This document shows, in pieces, positions 23,313-36,739 of a stretch of DNA of 64,000 nucleotides (the first letter of the stretch is position 1; the number at the start of each line of letters is the position of its first letter). This stretch comes from Eledone cirrhosa. Lineage: Eukaryota. Below the pieces are notes generated by a model. It was not told where the DNA came from, searched no databases, and saw nothing but the letters and a program-made list of their open reading frames with translations. Location: NCBI GenBank assembly GCA_964016885.1, contig OZ024743.1:367598001-367662000 (forward strand), written 5' to 3'. The translations under genes and the position numbers were made by a program.

Positions 23313-23315
<3 letters not shown>

Positions 23316-24572
23316 GGTGTGGACGATATTTGTTCGCAATTTTCAACTGCTAATTTTATGCAAATTTTTTTTACTTCCGTTATCACTCTTGTCTTCATAA
23401 AAACAGTGACTATATTTCCATTATTTATTTTCAGAATAATTGATTATGAATAATTTTGAACCTCCAAATTTGTGGAAGGGTTCTTTTTGGAATCCGTGCC
23501 GGGAGGACAAATAAGGAAATTTCAGCAGGAGAATGGTGGAAAAGGTCAGAAAGGAATTGGAAGATTCAGGATTCGACTACGAAGCAACATCAGAGAGGAA
23601 AACACATGATCAACGATCTGAGGCCTTCAGAATGCCCAAGTTCGTCGCTGAAGTTCAGGATATCATCAACAATGAACCTAGCAAGTCGATGCATGCCATT
23701 GCAAGGGAGAATGGCGTGGATGAAAAGCTCATTAGGCTGGTGGTTCATGAAGACATTCGCTACATTTCATACAAGATGAGGAAAGAACAATTTCTGTCAA
23801 AGGCGATGCAAGAAAAGCGACTGAAGCACGCAAAGAAGCTGATCAACAAGTTGAAACACCCACTGGAGCCAGACGGGCTGTCGTTTTTCTCCGACGAGAA
23901 AAATGTCTGCCAAGACCAGAAGATCAACTCCCAGAACAACAGGTGGCTCACTGTCTCATCCAAAGACGTGCCCAGAGTCATGCAGACAAAGTTTCCAGTG
24001 ACAACATTGGTCTTAGGTGTCGTCAGCAGTCAAGGTGACGTCATACCACCTCACTTCTTCCCTGAGGGCCTCAAGCTTAACACTGATGGCTACACCTGCG
24101 TTCTGAGTGAGGTAGTAAAGCCCTAGATCGACCAGGTAGCTGCAGGTAGGCCATACGTGTGGCAGCAAGACTCAGCGCCCTGCCATACCAGCCGAAAGAC
24201 CCAAGCCTGGCTGCCAGAGAACTTCGTCGACCACACTTCACCTGACATCTGGCCTCCCAGCTCGCCTGACTGCAACCCCTTTGACTTCTTTGTGTGGGGC
24301 GCAGTGGAACGAGACACCAACAGATCTAGCTGCAATACGAAAGACAATCTGAAGGCCAGGATCACGGGGGACAGTGACAAAGGCCTGTAGCCGGTTCCGA
24401 GGCCGCCTTGAGGCTGTCATCAAAGCCAATGACGGGTTTATTGAGTGAGATCGAAAGAACATGTCATGAAGATAAATTGACCCAAGTTTGATAAATATAT
24501 CTTAAAAAATAAAACTACTGTGTTATTTTTTCCTAGACAGTAATCTTGCGAACAAATATCGTCCGCACCCTG
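23313..24572 (+). mobile_element. Full-length DD37D (maT-type) Tc1/mariner transposon, defective transposase
   Basis: 27-bp TIRs CAGGGTG(T/C)GGACGATATTTGTTCGCAA with TA flanks. The triad FFSDEK / QQDSAPCH / SPDCNPFD has 37 residues between the 2nd and 3rd Asp. There is an in-frame TAG at 24124-24126 and the ends are damaged. Confidence 0.95.
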
Positions 24573-25039
24573 TATATATATATATATATATGAAATCCTT
24601 TTCTCGCTCACATTTCGCAGGGTTCGGACATGTGTGCCGTCTTCTCATCGTTGATTTCCTTGAACTTAAGTTCACATGCATCATTGACTTGTCTCTCATT
24701 TCCTCTCTTTACATTGCATTACTATTTTTGTTTGTTTACTGTCCCTCTTTCTCCACCCAATTCACTCTGTCCCAATAACTTATTTTAGTTATTGCTCGCA
24801 CTGATTTTGAGGTATCTGGTCTTTAATGCGAAGAAATACTGATGATAGTCAGAAGATCACTGATGATGGACAGTCCTGTTTCTCACTCTATTTTTCATTC
24901 ATATATATATGTTTGATTCAGAAAAAGGGAAGGTTAATTAAATATATATTTCTCATTAGCTGATTCAGAGACAGAGAATGTAGTTGTTCCTTTTCCCCTG
25001 TCATGTGCAGGCACATACAGGAAGCAGGGAAAACATAAA

Positions 25040-25332
25040 TTACGAGAAATCCAAGGTGGTGTGCAGGAGAGCAGACTGCATTGGTATGGACATGTGCATA
25101 GATGATGACTGATGAGTGAAGATGTGCCAGGAAATCCCAGTGGAAGTAAGCCGCAGTGGAGGTAGGCCAAGAAAGACCTTGGAGGAGGTTATGAGAGCTG
25201 ACCTCAAATCATTGAGACTCAAGGAGATGACAAAGGAACACGATGAGTGGAGAGATCTTGTGTTGAGAAGGACCTGTCTAACTCATGTAAGCATCGAAAA
25301 ACAGACTTAAAAACAATGATGATGATGATGAT
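25040..25332 (+). mobile_element. RTE LINE 3' fragment
   Basis: WYGHV, GRPRKTLEEVMRADL and a (GAT)n tail. Confidence 0.85.
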
Positions 25333-26061
25333 ATACACACATATATATATCATCATCAACATTTAACATCCATTTTCTACACTAGCATGGGTTAGATGGG
25401 TTATCCTTTGTGAGACAAGTCAGATCAGATGACTGTCTTGCTCACACAGAACCGTTTTTAGCTAGGGTTCTATACCTGGTGCCCTTCCTAATGTCAACCA
25501 CATTTACAGTGTGGACTGGGTGCTGTGTTTATATATGTATGTTTCTGTTCGCCTGAGTTCCGTCTATATATTTTCCCAATGGTTGATTCAGAGACAGGGA
25601 AGATTAATTAGATATATATTTCTTACTGGTGAAGACAGGGGAGGTTAATTAAATATATATTTCTCCTTATCTGATTCAGAGACAAAAAAGTGGTTGTTAT
25701 TCCTTCTCCCTATTTTCCTGCCACCTTCACTTACTACCACACTTCTGGTCTAATCAAAAGGTAGTGGAGCTAAAATATCTTAAATATTAACCCTAGCATC
25801 ACTTTACTACTACTGTGTGTTTTGGTGGATTGTATGGTGGCTAGACTACAGGGATGGAAAATTTCTTCTTTGCACAAATCCACTCGAGTACAGGCAACCA
25901 AACAAATCTTTATTTCAACATGGAAAGCTGGTACCAAATCAAATACAGATTCCACCTCCCTTCTTAAGTATCCATCCCCACTCTTCCAGTAAATTTCAAA
26001 ACATCAGAGCTGCAACCATTAATCTAGTCATTATGAGAGGAAAGTCAGGCAAGATTGTAGA

Positions 26062-26420
26062 TATCATCATCATCATAAGGTCGAGCTTGTTCGGCTTTCT
26101 ATGACACGTTTCCTCCATCCATCTCTGTCTCTCATAGTGTTTGCCAGTTCTTTCGCAGTGCATCCAGTATCGTCCTCAAGTTGCTTGACGTATGTCTTCT
26201 TGGGACAACCAGCGTTTCTTGCTCCATGAGATGGACTCCATAACAACACATCACCTGCTATTTCTTCCTTGCTGAGCCAACAGTGCTGCTTTAAACGTGT
26301 CTTGGAGGGAACACCCAACAAATAAGGATCTCTATGGCAATATACCACCTATCAGCAGGTCAATACGTGGACAGAGACTCAGATTTGCTGGCCACTGTTG
26401 GCGCAGCAAGGAATAAATTG
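26062..26420 (-). mobile_element. RTE-related LINE 3' end with 5' inversion
   Basis: Minus 26065-26288 encodes HCWLSKEE..LLWSP.HG..GCPKKTY..RDRDGWR plus a (GAT)n tail. Plus 26290-26418 encodes the preceding peptide LNVSWREHPTNKDLYG..RLRFAGHCWRSKE. Confidence 0.8.
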
Positions 26421-26600
26421 TAGATATGTTAGAGCAAAAGAGAGTGGATGTAATCTGTGTACAAGAAACTAGGTGGAGAGGATGATCAGCTAGACTTCTT
26501 GTAAGTAAAGAATGATGCTACAAATTTTTCTGGGTGAGTAATGTATATGGCCTCCATGGAGTAGGTATTCTGTTAGCAGAAAAATAGGTAGATAATGTAA
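26418..26600 (+). mobile_element. RTE APE endonuclease fragment
   Basis: VDVICVQETRWRG..YKFFW..GVGILLAEK. Confidence 0.75.
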
Positions 26601-29600
26601 GGTGGTCATGTTGGTGACATGACACGAGGCACCTAGCCCACCCTATAAAGTGGTTGTTTTGGTGGCATGACACAAGGCGCTTTGGTTCACCCTGTGGCGT
26701 GGTTGGGTTGGTGACATGGCAAACAGTACCATTGTGCCCTGTAAGGTGGTCGTCGTCGTGATGGTGATATGACAAAAAATGCCCAGTCCACACTGTAAAA
26801 TGGTTGTTTTGGTGCCACAATAAAAAGCATGCAGTCCACACTGTAAATGTAGTTGACATTAGGAAGGGCATCCAGCCATAGAAACCAAGCCAGAAACAGT
26901 TTTGTATAAGCAAGACACAAACATTTGATCTGACTTTTCTCAATGGGACAAATCATGCGACCCATGGTAAAATGGAAAAATAGATGTTAAACGGTGATGA
27001 TGATGATAATGAGTTTTGTCTAGATATAAAGTGAATTTGTACAAGACATAGAAAAGAATTCCACGGTCTGTTTATGGTACCAAATTCAGCAGACAAATGG
27101 ATAAATGACAAACATATATTATTAGGTAGAATTTCAAGGCCAATACTGATCCTCAGACTTTGTACTCACCTCTTTACCTAATCCTTACTTTCTAGAACTG
27201 GATTATTTTGTGGCTTCTTATTATTCAATGTTTTCCCCTCAATACTAAATTAAGTTCAAGTTATGTACTAACCATATAAAAATTACTAAGTTATCTTTAT
27301 GTCCCAGTATAAGAGACCTTGATAACGATAGAAACCATCTCTTTCTGAATTTTACTAGTTTTTGTAATGTGCTTTTGCTCCATCCAGTTTACTCTAAAAA
27401 AAATGAACACGCTCACACACACACACATAAAAAAAAAACAGATTCTATTTCTACTCCATGATTGAGTGATTAGCAATAAGAAAGATATCCATTCAGCTGT
27501 AAAGAAAATTACTGCAATGCTATCTCATCCATGAAAAAATGGATGTAAAACAGAAGGGAAAAAAAGGCATAACAGTGTGATGCTTCAAGTCTTCAGTTAA
27601 GGCTGTTTTTAAGAATTTGTTTATTTCAAAGAAAATGTTTGATAAAGAACTACATTATCAATGACACAAAATTTAAAATCAAATGTAAAAAGAATTCTTT
27701 CCAGAATTTTTGAATATTTGCTAGGTTGCAGTTGATTAAAGTCAAGTTACCCATGCTTCACCTTAAAAAGTATAGGAGTTAAAGTAATAGTGAACATTTT
27801 TTTGTGATGTGGTAAAAAGACATTTAATTTATTTACAGATATAGGTAAGTGTTTGACAAGTATTGGAATGTGTTTCCTGTTGAGCAAAGTAAATACGGCA
27901 CAAACTGAAAGAATATTTCTAAAATTTCTTCAACATTCTAAACTAAATCTCCATGGCGAAACAACATTCCTGGTTCTCAATAGCCATCTTAACACAAGGC
28001 TTAGCATTCAACAGAATATGCTAAAATGATTTTCTTTGATTATTTGTACATTATGAAAACTACTGTCTTTACTTCTAACAGTGAGGATCAGAGTTCATTT
28101 ACGTTTTTGATGCATGGTTTCTACAGATGGGGAAAATTATCTGAGAAATTATGAGTGAAGATCGGATACATTGTTTTAAGAATATAAACAGAGTTTGGAA
28201 AATTGAGACATTTCTATGGAACTTTTAAACTGCATATAAAGTAATCTAAAAGACAGAAAGCATATGAAAATATTTGAATGTATTTAGTGTAGCTACAAAC
28301 TGATAAAGCAGCAAATCCTACATGTGCTTCAATAGTTTGCATACTTTAGTATCTCAGTCTAATAGAAACTAAAGTTACAAAATAATAATATATTGCCACT
28401 ATCAATGTTAGAACAACAGTAATTGTGTTGTTAGATTTATGAGTAAGTTCCACAATGAAATGAAACGTGGAAGATTTTCTTTAGAGTGTTAAAAAGTTTG
28501 AACCATGGAAAACCACCTCCTCCTCCTCCACCCTCTCCTCCATGTGTGTCATGGAGAGAGGGAGAGAGAGAGAGAGAGAGAGTAAGTGAAGGATAGCAAC
28601 AGAGAAATGTGATGGTGAGAATTGTGGACAATTGCTAAGTCACAATTCTCCTTGTCCAAATGAGATGAAAAAAACATTGCAGTGTGATATTACTGTTGGC
28701 ATAAAAGAGGCATTTATAAATATGATAAAATGAAGAAGCATGTATATATAATAAAATGAAATATTATGGTACCCCGACAAAGAAGTTCCCAGTCCACCCT
28801 CTTGCCAGATCGAAAATGCCCAATGAACCCTGTAAAGTGGTAGTGGTGGTGGCACAAACAATTCTCCCAGTACATGTTGTTATAGGGTTGGCATTAGGCA
28901 TCCAGCTGTAGAACCAAGCCAAAAACAGAACCATATCAGCATGGAAAATAGATGTTAAATGGTGTTGATGATGGTGATACAATGATATAGTATAGTATTA
29001 TCTAATGTTCCTTTGAAAATAGAGTAAAGTGATTTGAGTCCCAAGCTCAGCTAACAGTAACTGGAATGGGTGTCTATCCAGGGTTAAAAACTGCCTGATA
29101 ACAAGGTATGAGTGATATAATAGGTGTTTGCTACTCTAAAATAGGGTTCAAATGTATTCTGGTTGATTGCCAAGCCTATATTCGTGGACACGCTACAACC
29201 ACCAACCCAACTATGTAATACCTCTGTCTTTTCTACCACAACTACAATGGTTTCTGCTCTTCTGAAATAGTAAAATGTATGCTAATTCATCCAAAGCCCA
29301 CTTGATTTCCCCATCCCTCTTTATCTTTTTCCTTCTAAAGTGTCTCACCTTCCCATCTATCCACTACTGTGCTGCAACTCTTAACTCCTAGCCTCTGAAT
29401 GTTTTCTTATAGATATCAAGCCACAGAAGTTCAACTTAAATATCAATGATATCAGCCTCACAAAGCACACTATGGTTGGAGGGCATGAAAAGACCTTGGA
29501 CACTAACTCTCTTCCATAGACTAAATAATTAAAAAACAAAAACGATTCTGTACCTTAACCATTCAATATAACAGAAGATGTAAACTTTAAAGTGTAGAAA

Positions 29601-30645
29601 CTAGTATTTTGTTTGTCCCACTTAGGCTGCCATTCTTTGAAATTCAGAAGTGGCAGCTTAAGATTGACAGAAAATATACAGTTCTGAACTAGTTTATTCT
29701 GTTAATCTTTTGATGAAGAGATTTTATCCTGAAATATAAGAACCTACAAAGAACTGCAAAGTAATATTCAACATCATTGTTATCATTGTATTTTTAACAT
29801 CCACAATCTAAATCACATTGTGGTAGCCTTCAAAGAAAACACTATTTTCTACACTTGACACAGGGCTTGAAGGAAACTTCTTCTTGTCGTATGACATGTA
29901 CGCAATAGTTAGAGAAGCAGATCAAAATTAGTGAGCATCATTTGTAGTATTATGGATTGCCTCCAGGCCACTGGGAAAACGTTTGAGGAGGCAATCCTGA
30001 ACAACATGCAACACTACCTGATCAGAGTTCCCACATTTACATACACATATACATATATATGTATACATTTGTGTATAATTTTCATACACTATATCTTTGT
30101 TTGAGCATGCATCCACACTGGTCAGCACATATTTATGTTTGATCCTAGATCCGAAAACATTAGTATTAATCTTCTCATTATTATTACTTTTACTATTATT
30201 AATACCTTCAGTATATTTATGTTTAATCATTTTACTTTTATTAACAACATTTTCCATATATGGTAGCTGGAAATCATTTGGCTATTCTAAAAAGAATATT
30301 AGTCTCCTGACTTAGTCATAACAAGAATATGTTTTTGCCATAGCAAGAATTTGATCTTCTCACTCCACATAATGATGTAATTATCCTTGCATACATTTCG
30401 CCCATCTCAAGAGAACATCTTCATGTACTACCATTATGTCTTCCTGTTTTCTAAAGCCAATATTTGGTCATAACGTTTTGTAAAATATTTACTTCTGCAT
30501 CAACAGATTACTTTTTCACATTTACAAAAGATCATGCTTAGGGTAAAAGCAGCAATTTATTGCTTAAACTTTTAATCTGTACATATATATATATATAATA
30601 TATATATATACATATACATATATATATATATATATGCACACACAG

Positions 30646-30677
<32 letters not shown>

Positions 30678-32385
30678 TAGGTATAGGATTATCCAAGATG
30701 TAGTAATGGTTAATTACTACACTGGATATGGTTGACGTACGGTAAGAGGTTACTCTACGAGTTATGGAAGAATTGTTGAAGAAACTTAGTTCTTGATCCT
30801 TCTGTATTCCGGAGTGTATATAAAGAATGAATAATAACAGGTAGACATCATAAAAAGGCAATTTATTCCGTGTGCTTACAAATGTTTCCACGGTGGTACT
30901 ACAGCCTAGTTATGCTATGTGCAAATTTACAAGTATTTGCAGAACTCAAATATCCAATGCTGTGACCACTGTATCCTCAGAGCAGAATGGTAAAATGTAC
31001 AATGTAAATACCCTTAAGTGGAGTTGTTGGGGGTAGATAGAGTAGAAAAGGAAGAGAGAAAAGTAGGGAAGAGGGAGAGAGAGAGAAAGATATGCAGGGG
31101 TTGGAGAAGTAGGAGAGAGTGGTTTGTAGATATCTTAATCAAAATGTTATGGTAGGGGTTTTATTATACTGGTTACTTTTGGAGAGATGCGTTGATAGTT
31201 AAGGTCGGAATTATTTATTGCCCCAGAGGGCAGGTTCATAGATGTGGAGAGGGAGGTAGGCCAAAGGCGAGAGAGAGAGAGTGTAATGGATGTAGAGAGA
31301 GAGGTAGAGAGGGGACAGACGAAGTTTATGTGGTGAGTGAACTTTGGGTTTGTAGTAGTAATCTACGAATTGCACTGAGTTACCATTTATAGTGATAAGC
31401 AGTGTATTGTCTTGTAGTGTGGGGGAAAGAGAAGGTGGTTAGCTAGAAAGCGATGTTATAGTTACGGGTTCGAATGTTAAGTTATTTTATAGTGAGAGAA
31501 TTTAGCTTTTAGTTTGTGGTTGCAGTATAATGATCGTTCAATTCTATCGTTAAGTAGTTTGTTTTTGGATTTTAATATGTAAAAAGAGTTCAAGGTTACA
31601 TAACCTGCAGTACTTCAATCCACTCCGATATGCACTTGCGCTGGAAAGTATATCCCATTTTAAGGTGAACTGTTGGTTGTGTTCACGGAGTTGCCAGGTC
31701 TTGTTGGCGAGCGTGGTCACAAAACGGTGATTAGGATGTTTGATTGAGAATCGATGACGGTACCAGCGAGATTTAAACGAGGTGGTGGTAGATCCGATAT
31801 AATACCATTTCTGGTCGTTCGATTCAACCGTGCATTGGTAAACAATGTTGGACTTTAGGCATTCATTCTTCAATGGACATCTTTCAGGTAGATGGCAGTT
31901 ACATTCTTTGTTGTGGGTAGCAGGTATACCATGGATAGGTTGTGATAGCGGTACAGGTGGATTGTGTAATACCCGTCTCCCATTTAGTGGTTGGGAGGCA
32001 GATATTACGTTCTGCCCATCTGTTACTAAAATGTTTTGTTTTGTAGAGTTGTTTAATTGCCTTAACTTAAGTTTTTTTATGTATGCTTCAAGGTTTGGTG
32101 CCATGGAGTATGATAGTCATTGAAGAATGAATGCCTAAAGTCCAACATTGTTTACCAATGCACGGTTGAATCGAACGACCAGAAATGGTATTATATCGGA
32201 TCTACCACCACCACGTTTAAATCTCGCTGGTACCGTCATCGATTCTCAATCAAACATCCTAATCACCGTTTTGTGACCACGCTCGCCAACAAGACCTGGC
32301 AACTCCGTGAACACAACCAACAGTTCACCTTAAAATGGGATATACTTTCCAGCGCAAGTGCATATCGGAGTGGATTGAAGTACTA
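30678..32385 (-). mobile_element. Naiad-like Penelope element 3' part with an inverted partial duplication (32119-32385, + strand)
   Basis: CNCHLPERCPLKNECLKSNIVYQC..YYIGST..RWYRH..CRLCNLE (frameshift) ..CNH. 32119-32385 is the near-exact reverse complement of 31608-31873. The 3' UTR contains a hammerhead. Confidence 0.9.
30873..30984 (-). ncRNA. Hammerhead ribozyme with a large stem II insertion
   Basis: The reverse complement reads tgct-CTGAGGA-tacagtggt..(~65 nt)..accaccgtg-GAAA-CATTTG-TA-agca. Confidence 0.7.
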
Positions 32386-32386
32386 T

Positions 32387-33900
32387 ATGTGGTGGTGTCA
32401 TACCCAAAGACTGGTGCAGCAGTATTCTCATAAATTGTTTCAAAGGTAAAGGGGATGCTCTGGAGAGGAGCAATTATAGGGGTATAAAACTGATGGATCA
32501 GGTTATGAAAGTGGCAGAAAGAATATTAGCACAACTAATTAGAGAAAGGGTCAAACTAGATGAGATGCAGTTTGGTTTTGTGCCTGGGAGAGTACAACAA
32601 TTACAAGAGAGGTTATTAGAGAAAAGTTAGCCACTATACTTAGCCTTTGTTGACCTAGAGAAGGCCTTTGATAGGGTACCTCGATCTGTCATCTGGTGGT
32701 CCCTAAGGAAACTAGGTGAGGAATGGCTTGTGAGGAATGGTTTGTGAGGACAGTGCAAACTTTGTACAGAGGTACTGTCAGTAAAGTCAAGGTAGGAATG
32801 GAGTTTACTGAGGAATTCCAGATACAAGTAGGAGTACATCAAGGTTCGGTCCTCAGCCCGCTCTTGTTCATTATAGTCCTCCAAGCCATAACAGAGGAGT
32901 TTAAGACTGGCTGTCCATAGGAACTTCTCTATGCTGACAATCTGGTTCTTATAGCAGAATCAGTAGAGGAGCTAGAGAATAAATTCTGGCCTTGAAAACA
33001 GCAGTTGGAAGCCAGAGGAATGAGAGTGAACCTAGCTAAGGCAAAAGTGTTGATGAGTAGAAAAGAGGACAACATTCTGATTCCGGCAGGGAAATGGCCA
33101 TGTTCGATATGCAGAAAAGGAACTGGCATAAATTCTATAAAATGCACACAATGCAGATCCTGGGTACACAAGAGATGTAGCGGGATAGCAGGCAAACTAA
33201 CAGGTAGGGAGAAATACGTATGCAGTATATGTATAGGGAAATTAGACAGTAGAAGTCGCATTGATAGACACATTTTTCAAATGCAGGCGGGTGCTATAGA
33301 AGTGGTAGATAGCTTCTGGTACCTAGGGGATCAGATTAGCATGGCAGGGGGGTGTTCTGCGGCCATAGTATCTAGAATAAGGACGGGTTGGAAGAAGTTT
33401 AGGGAGCTGCTTCCTCTGCTGACGAAGAAGGGTTTCTCCCTGCGTACGAAAGGCCGGTTATATGATGCCTGTGTGAGGAGCGCGATGCTGCATGGTAGTG
33501 AGACATGGGCAGCAACTGCAGGAGAGAAATGAGGCAAGCATGCTCCGTTGGATGTGCAATGTCAATGTGTGTGAATGACCCAGCATGAATGTGTTGAGAG
33601 AGAAACTGTGTCTGAGAGGGATGGAATGTATTGTGCGAAAGAGGGGACTGAGGTGGTATGGACATGTGATGCGCATGGAGGATGACCGATGGGTGAAGAA
33701 GTGCCAGGAAATACCAGACGAAGGACGACGTGGTAGACGTAGTCCACGAAAAACATGGGCGGAGGTGGTGCGAACAGACCTCAGATCACTGAAGCTCACG
33801 GTGGAGATGATGAAGGACCGTGACAAGTGGAGAGATGCTGTGCTAAATAAGACCCATCCCACCCTTGCAAGCAGGGAAAAGCGGACAAAAATGATGATGT
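32387..33900 (+). mobile_element. RTE LINE family B, 5'-truncated and degenerate
   Basis: NYRGIKL, FVDLEKAFDRV, GVHQGSVLSPLLF, PHD-like finger and WYGHVMRM. It has a short 3' end CCCACCCTTGCAAGCAGGGAAAAG plus (GAT)n. Confidence 0.93.
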
Positions 33901-34000
33901 TTCGAATGAGGACGTTTCTTCTATTCGTCTTGTAAACCTTTGGTAATGAGGTAATTATATTGTATTGTTCATTATACACTATATATATATATAAATATAT

Positions 34001-34031
<31 letters not shown>

Positions 34032-34283
34032 GTTATGTAATAACAACATAAGATAATTATTTCATTTACCAATGGTTTCTTGAAAGCAAGCAAAATTTGC
34101 TTTCAGTTATCAGAATGAAAATATCCTGGTGTATTTATTGAAAGTGGATTTTAAAAACAAAAATATAATCTATATGAAAGTGAGGCTGGAAAAGGAAGAA
34201 GGAAAGGAAAAAGAATAAATATAAAAGTAGATAAACACACATGCACACACACACACACACACGCACACACACATATACATACA

Positions 34284-34337
<54 letters not shown>

Positions 34338-34339
<2 letters not shown>

Positions 34340-34682
34340 GGAGGCACATGGCTTAGTGGTTAGAGCATTGGCCTTGCAATCAAAAGGTTGTGAGTTCAAT
34401 TCTCAGACCGGGTGATGTGTTGTTTTCTTGAGCAAGACACTTTATTTCACATTGCTCCAGTTTACTCAGCTGTAGAAATGGGATGATGGGGACTGGGGTC
34501 CATATAATTCCACTGCAGAGTGGACGTGGAGGTGCCACAGCAAAAAAGCACCCAGCACTCACTGTAAATGAGGTTGGTGTAAAGGAAGGGCATCCAGCTG
34601 TAGAAATCAAGCCAGAATCAGTTCCCGTCCCACCCTTGCAAGCAGGGAAAAGTGGACGTAAAATATGATGATGATGATGATG
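34338..34682 (+). mobile_element. Full-length tRNA-derived SINE with RTE family B 3' tail
   Basis: A box TGGCTTAGTGG, B box GTTCAATTC and a CTTGAGCAAGACACTT body. The last ~45 nt match the RTE-B 3' end, followed by (GAT)n. Confidence 0.9.
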
Positions 34683-34774
34683 ACACACATATATACACAT
34701 ACATACACATATATATATATATCCATACATACACATAAATACACAAACACATATATACATATATATATATATAT

Positions 34775-35421
34775 CATCATCATCATCATCATCGCTTAAC
34801 GTCCATCTTCCACGCTCGCATGGGTTTGGACAGGAATTTTCCCACTTGAGGCAAGATTGGTTGTCTTGCTCGTATAGGACTGTCTGGCGGGTTTTCTACG
34901 ACTGGATGCCCTTCCTAACACCATCCACGTTTACAGTGTGGACTGGGAGGTTTTTACCGTGTTACCTACATGGCAACATTACAGCATGGACTGTGTGTTT
35001 TTTTGTCGTGACACCTACACGACCTCATTTATTTCGAAAGGGGTGGTGTGGATGGGGTGGGGGTAGTGGTAGGGGGGTGTATTTTTGTTAAGAGGTGCCT
35101 ACTGACTGTAGGTTTCGCTCTGTACTTAGGTAAGGCGGGTCTTCTCTATTACTGTGTATCGCCAAAGATCTCGGTCCAGTGACATTGTCTTGGAGAGGTG
35201 TAAGTGTGTGAAGTCGGAATTTAGCAAGTCATCCCAGGTTTTTCTGGGTCTGCCTACTATGTGGCTACCATCTATTTTTATCGCCCTGCACTTTTTTATA
35301 CAGCTGTCGTCTTTCATGCGCATCACGTGACCATACCAACGCAGTCTTCTCTCGAGTAAACAACATCTGATCCCTCTTATTCCTAATTTCTCCCTTAGCT
35401 CATTTATGCTTTGCCGTTCAC
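34775..35421 (-). mobile_element. 5'-truncated RTE family A copy
   Basis: RERQSINELREKLGIRGIRCCLLERRLRWYGHVMRM..EKTRLT* plus the family A 3' UTR. Confidence 0.93.
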
Positions 35422-35537
35422 GTATATATATATATATATATACACACACACATACACATATATATACACACACGTACATACACATACATACACACATCTA
35501 CACATACACATACATATAAATATATACATACACACAC

Positions 35538-35586
<49 letters not shown>

Positions 35587-35788
35587 TATATATATATTAA
35601 TATATATATAAGAAAATACAAAATATTATATATATATAAAAATAAAAAGTGGAAGGGGTAAACAAATAGTTGGGAATACGACAAATAATAAATAAATAAA
35701 GGTATAAATGTTTATAGCTGATTTAGAGCACTCAACAAGTTCCTGGAGCAAATAATCAATGAAAATAAACATTAAATCACTCTGTATG

Positions 35789-36361
35789 TCATCATCATCA
35801 TCATCGTTTAACGTCCATGTTCCACGCTTGCATGGGTTTGGACGGGAGTTTTCCACCTTGAGGCAAGAATGGTTGTCTTGCTCGCATAGGACTGTCTGGC
35901 GGGTTTTCTACGGCTGGATGCCGTTCCTAACACCAACCACATTTACAGTGTGGGGCTGGGCGGTTTTTACCGTGTTACCTACACGGCCACATTACAGCGT
36001 GGACTGTGTTTTTTTGTCGTGACACCTACACGACCTCATTTGTTTCGGGCTGGATGTTGTGACACCAACATAACTTTACATTGAAAGGGGTGGTGTGGAT
36101 GGGGTGGGGGTAGTGGGACGGGGGTGTATTTTGTTAGAGGTGCCTACTGACTGTAGTAGGTTTCACTTTGTACTTAGGTAAGGCGGGTCTTCTCTATTAC
36201 TGTGTAGCGCCAAAGCTCTCGGTCCAGTGACATTGTCTTGGAGAGGTGTAAGTGTGTGAGGTCGGAATTTATCAAGTCGTCCCAGGTTTTTCTGGGTCTG
36301 CCTACTCCGTGGCTACCGTCTATTTTTATTGCCCTACACTTTTTTATACAGCTGTCGTCTT
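35789..36361 (-). mobile_element. 5'-truncated RTE family A copy
   Basis: Matches ~16293-16872. Confidence 0.93.
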
Positions 36362-36415
36362 GTAATTATGCATATACATACACATATATACATACACACA
36401 CACATGCACAACTAT

Positions 36416-36452
<37 letters not shown>

Positions 36453-36739
36453 AAAAAGTATGACCCCGACGGCAGAGTTCAAGCCGTTTCGACGGCTATT
36501 ATATATATATAAATACATATATATATATATATAAATATATATACACACACTAATACACACACACACATATATACAAAAGTTACGTCACCACGATAATAAA
36601 AATACATACACACATATAAACACACACACACACATATATATATATACACATACATACAGATATATATAATTATATACACATATATACATACACATATATA
36701 TACACATATACACGTATACACATATACACAACACATACA

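Noticed and set aside
24124-24126. Transposase TAG stop repairable to TGG by A-to-I editing
   Set aside because: The ORF has other lesions at both ends, so a simple G-to-A mutation suffices.
27821-27850. Apparent 6-nt microexon on the + strand (tttacag ATATAG gtaagt)
   Set aside because: No + strand gene is evident, and such a motif can arise by chance in 64 kb of AT-rich DNA.
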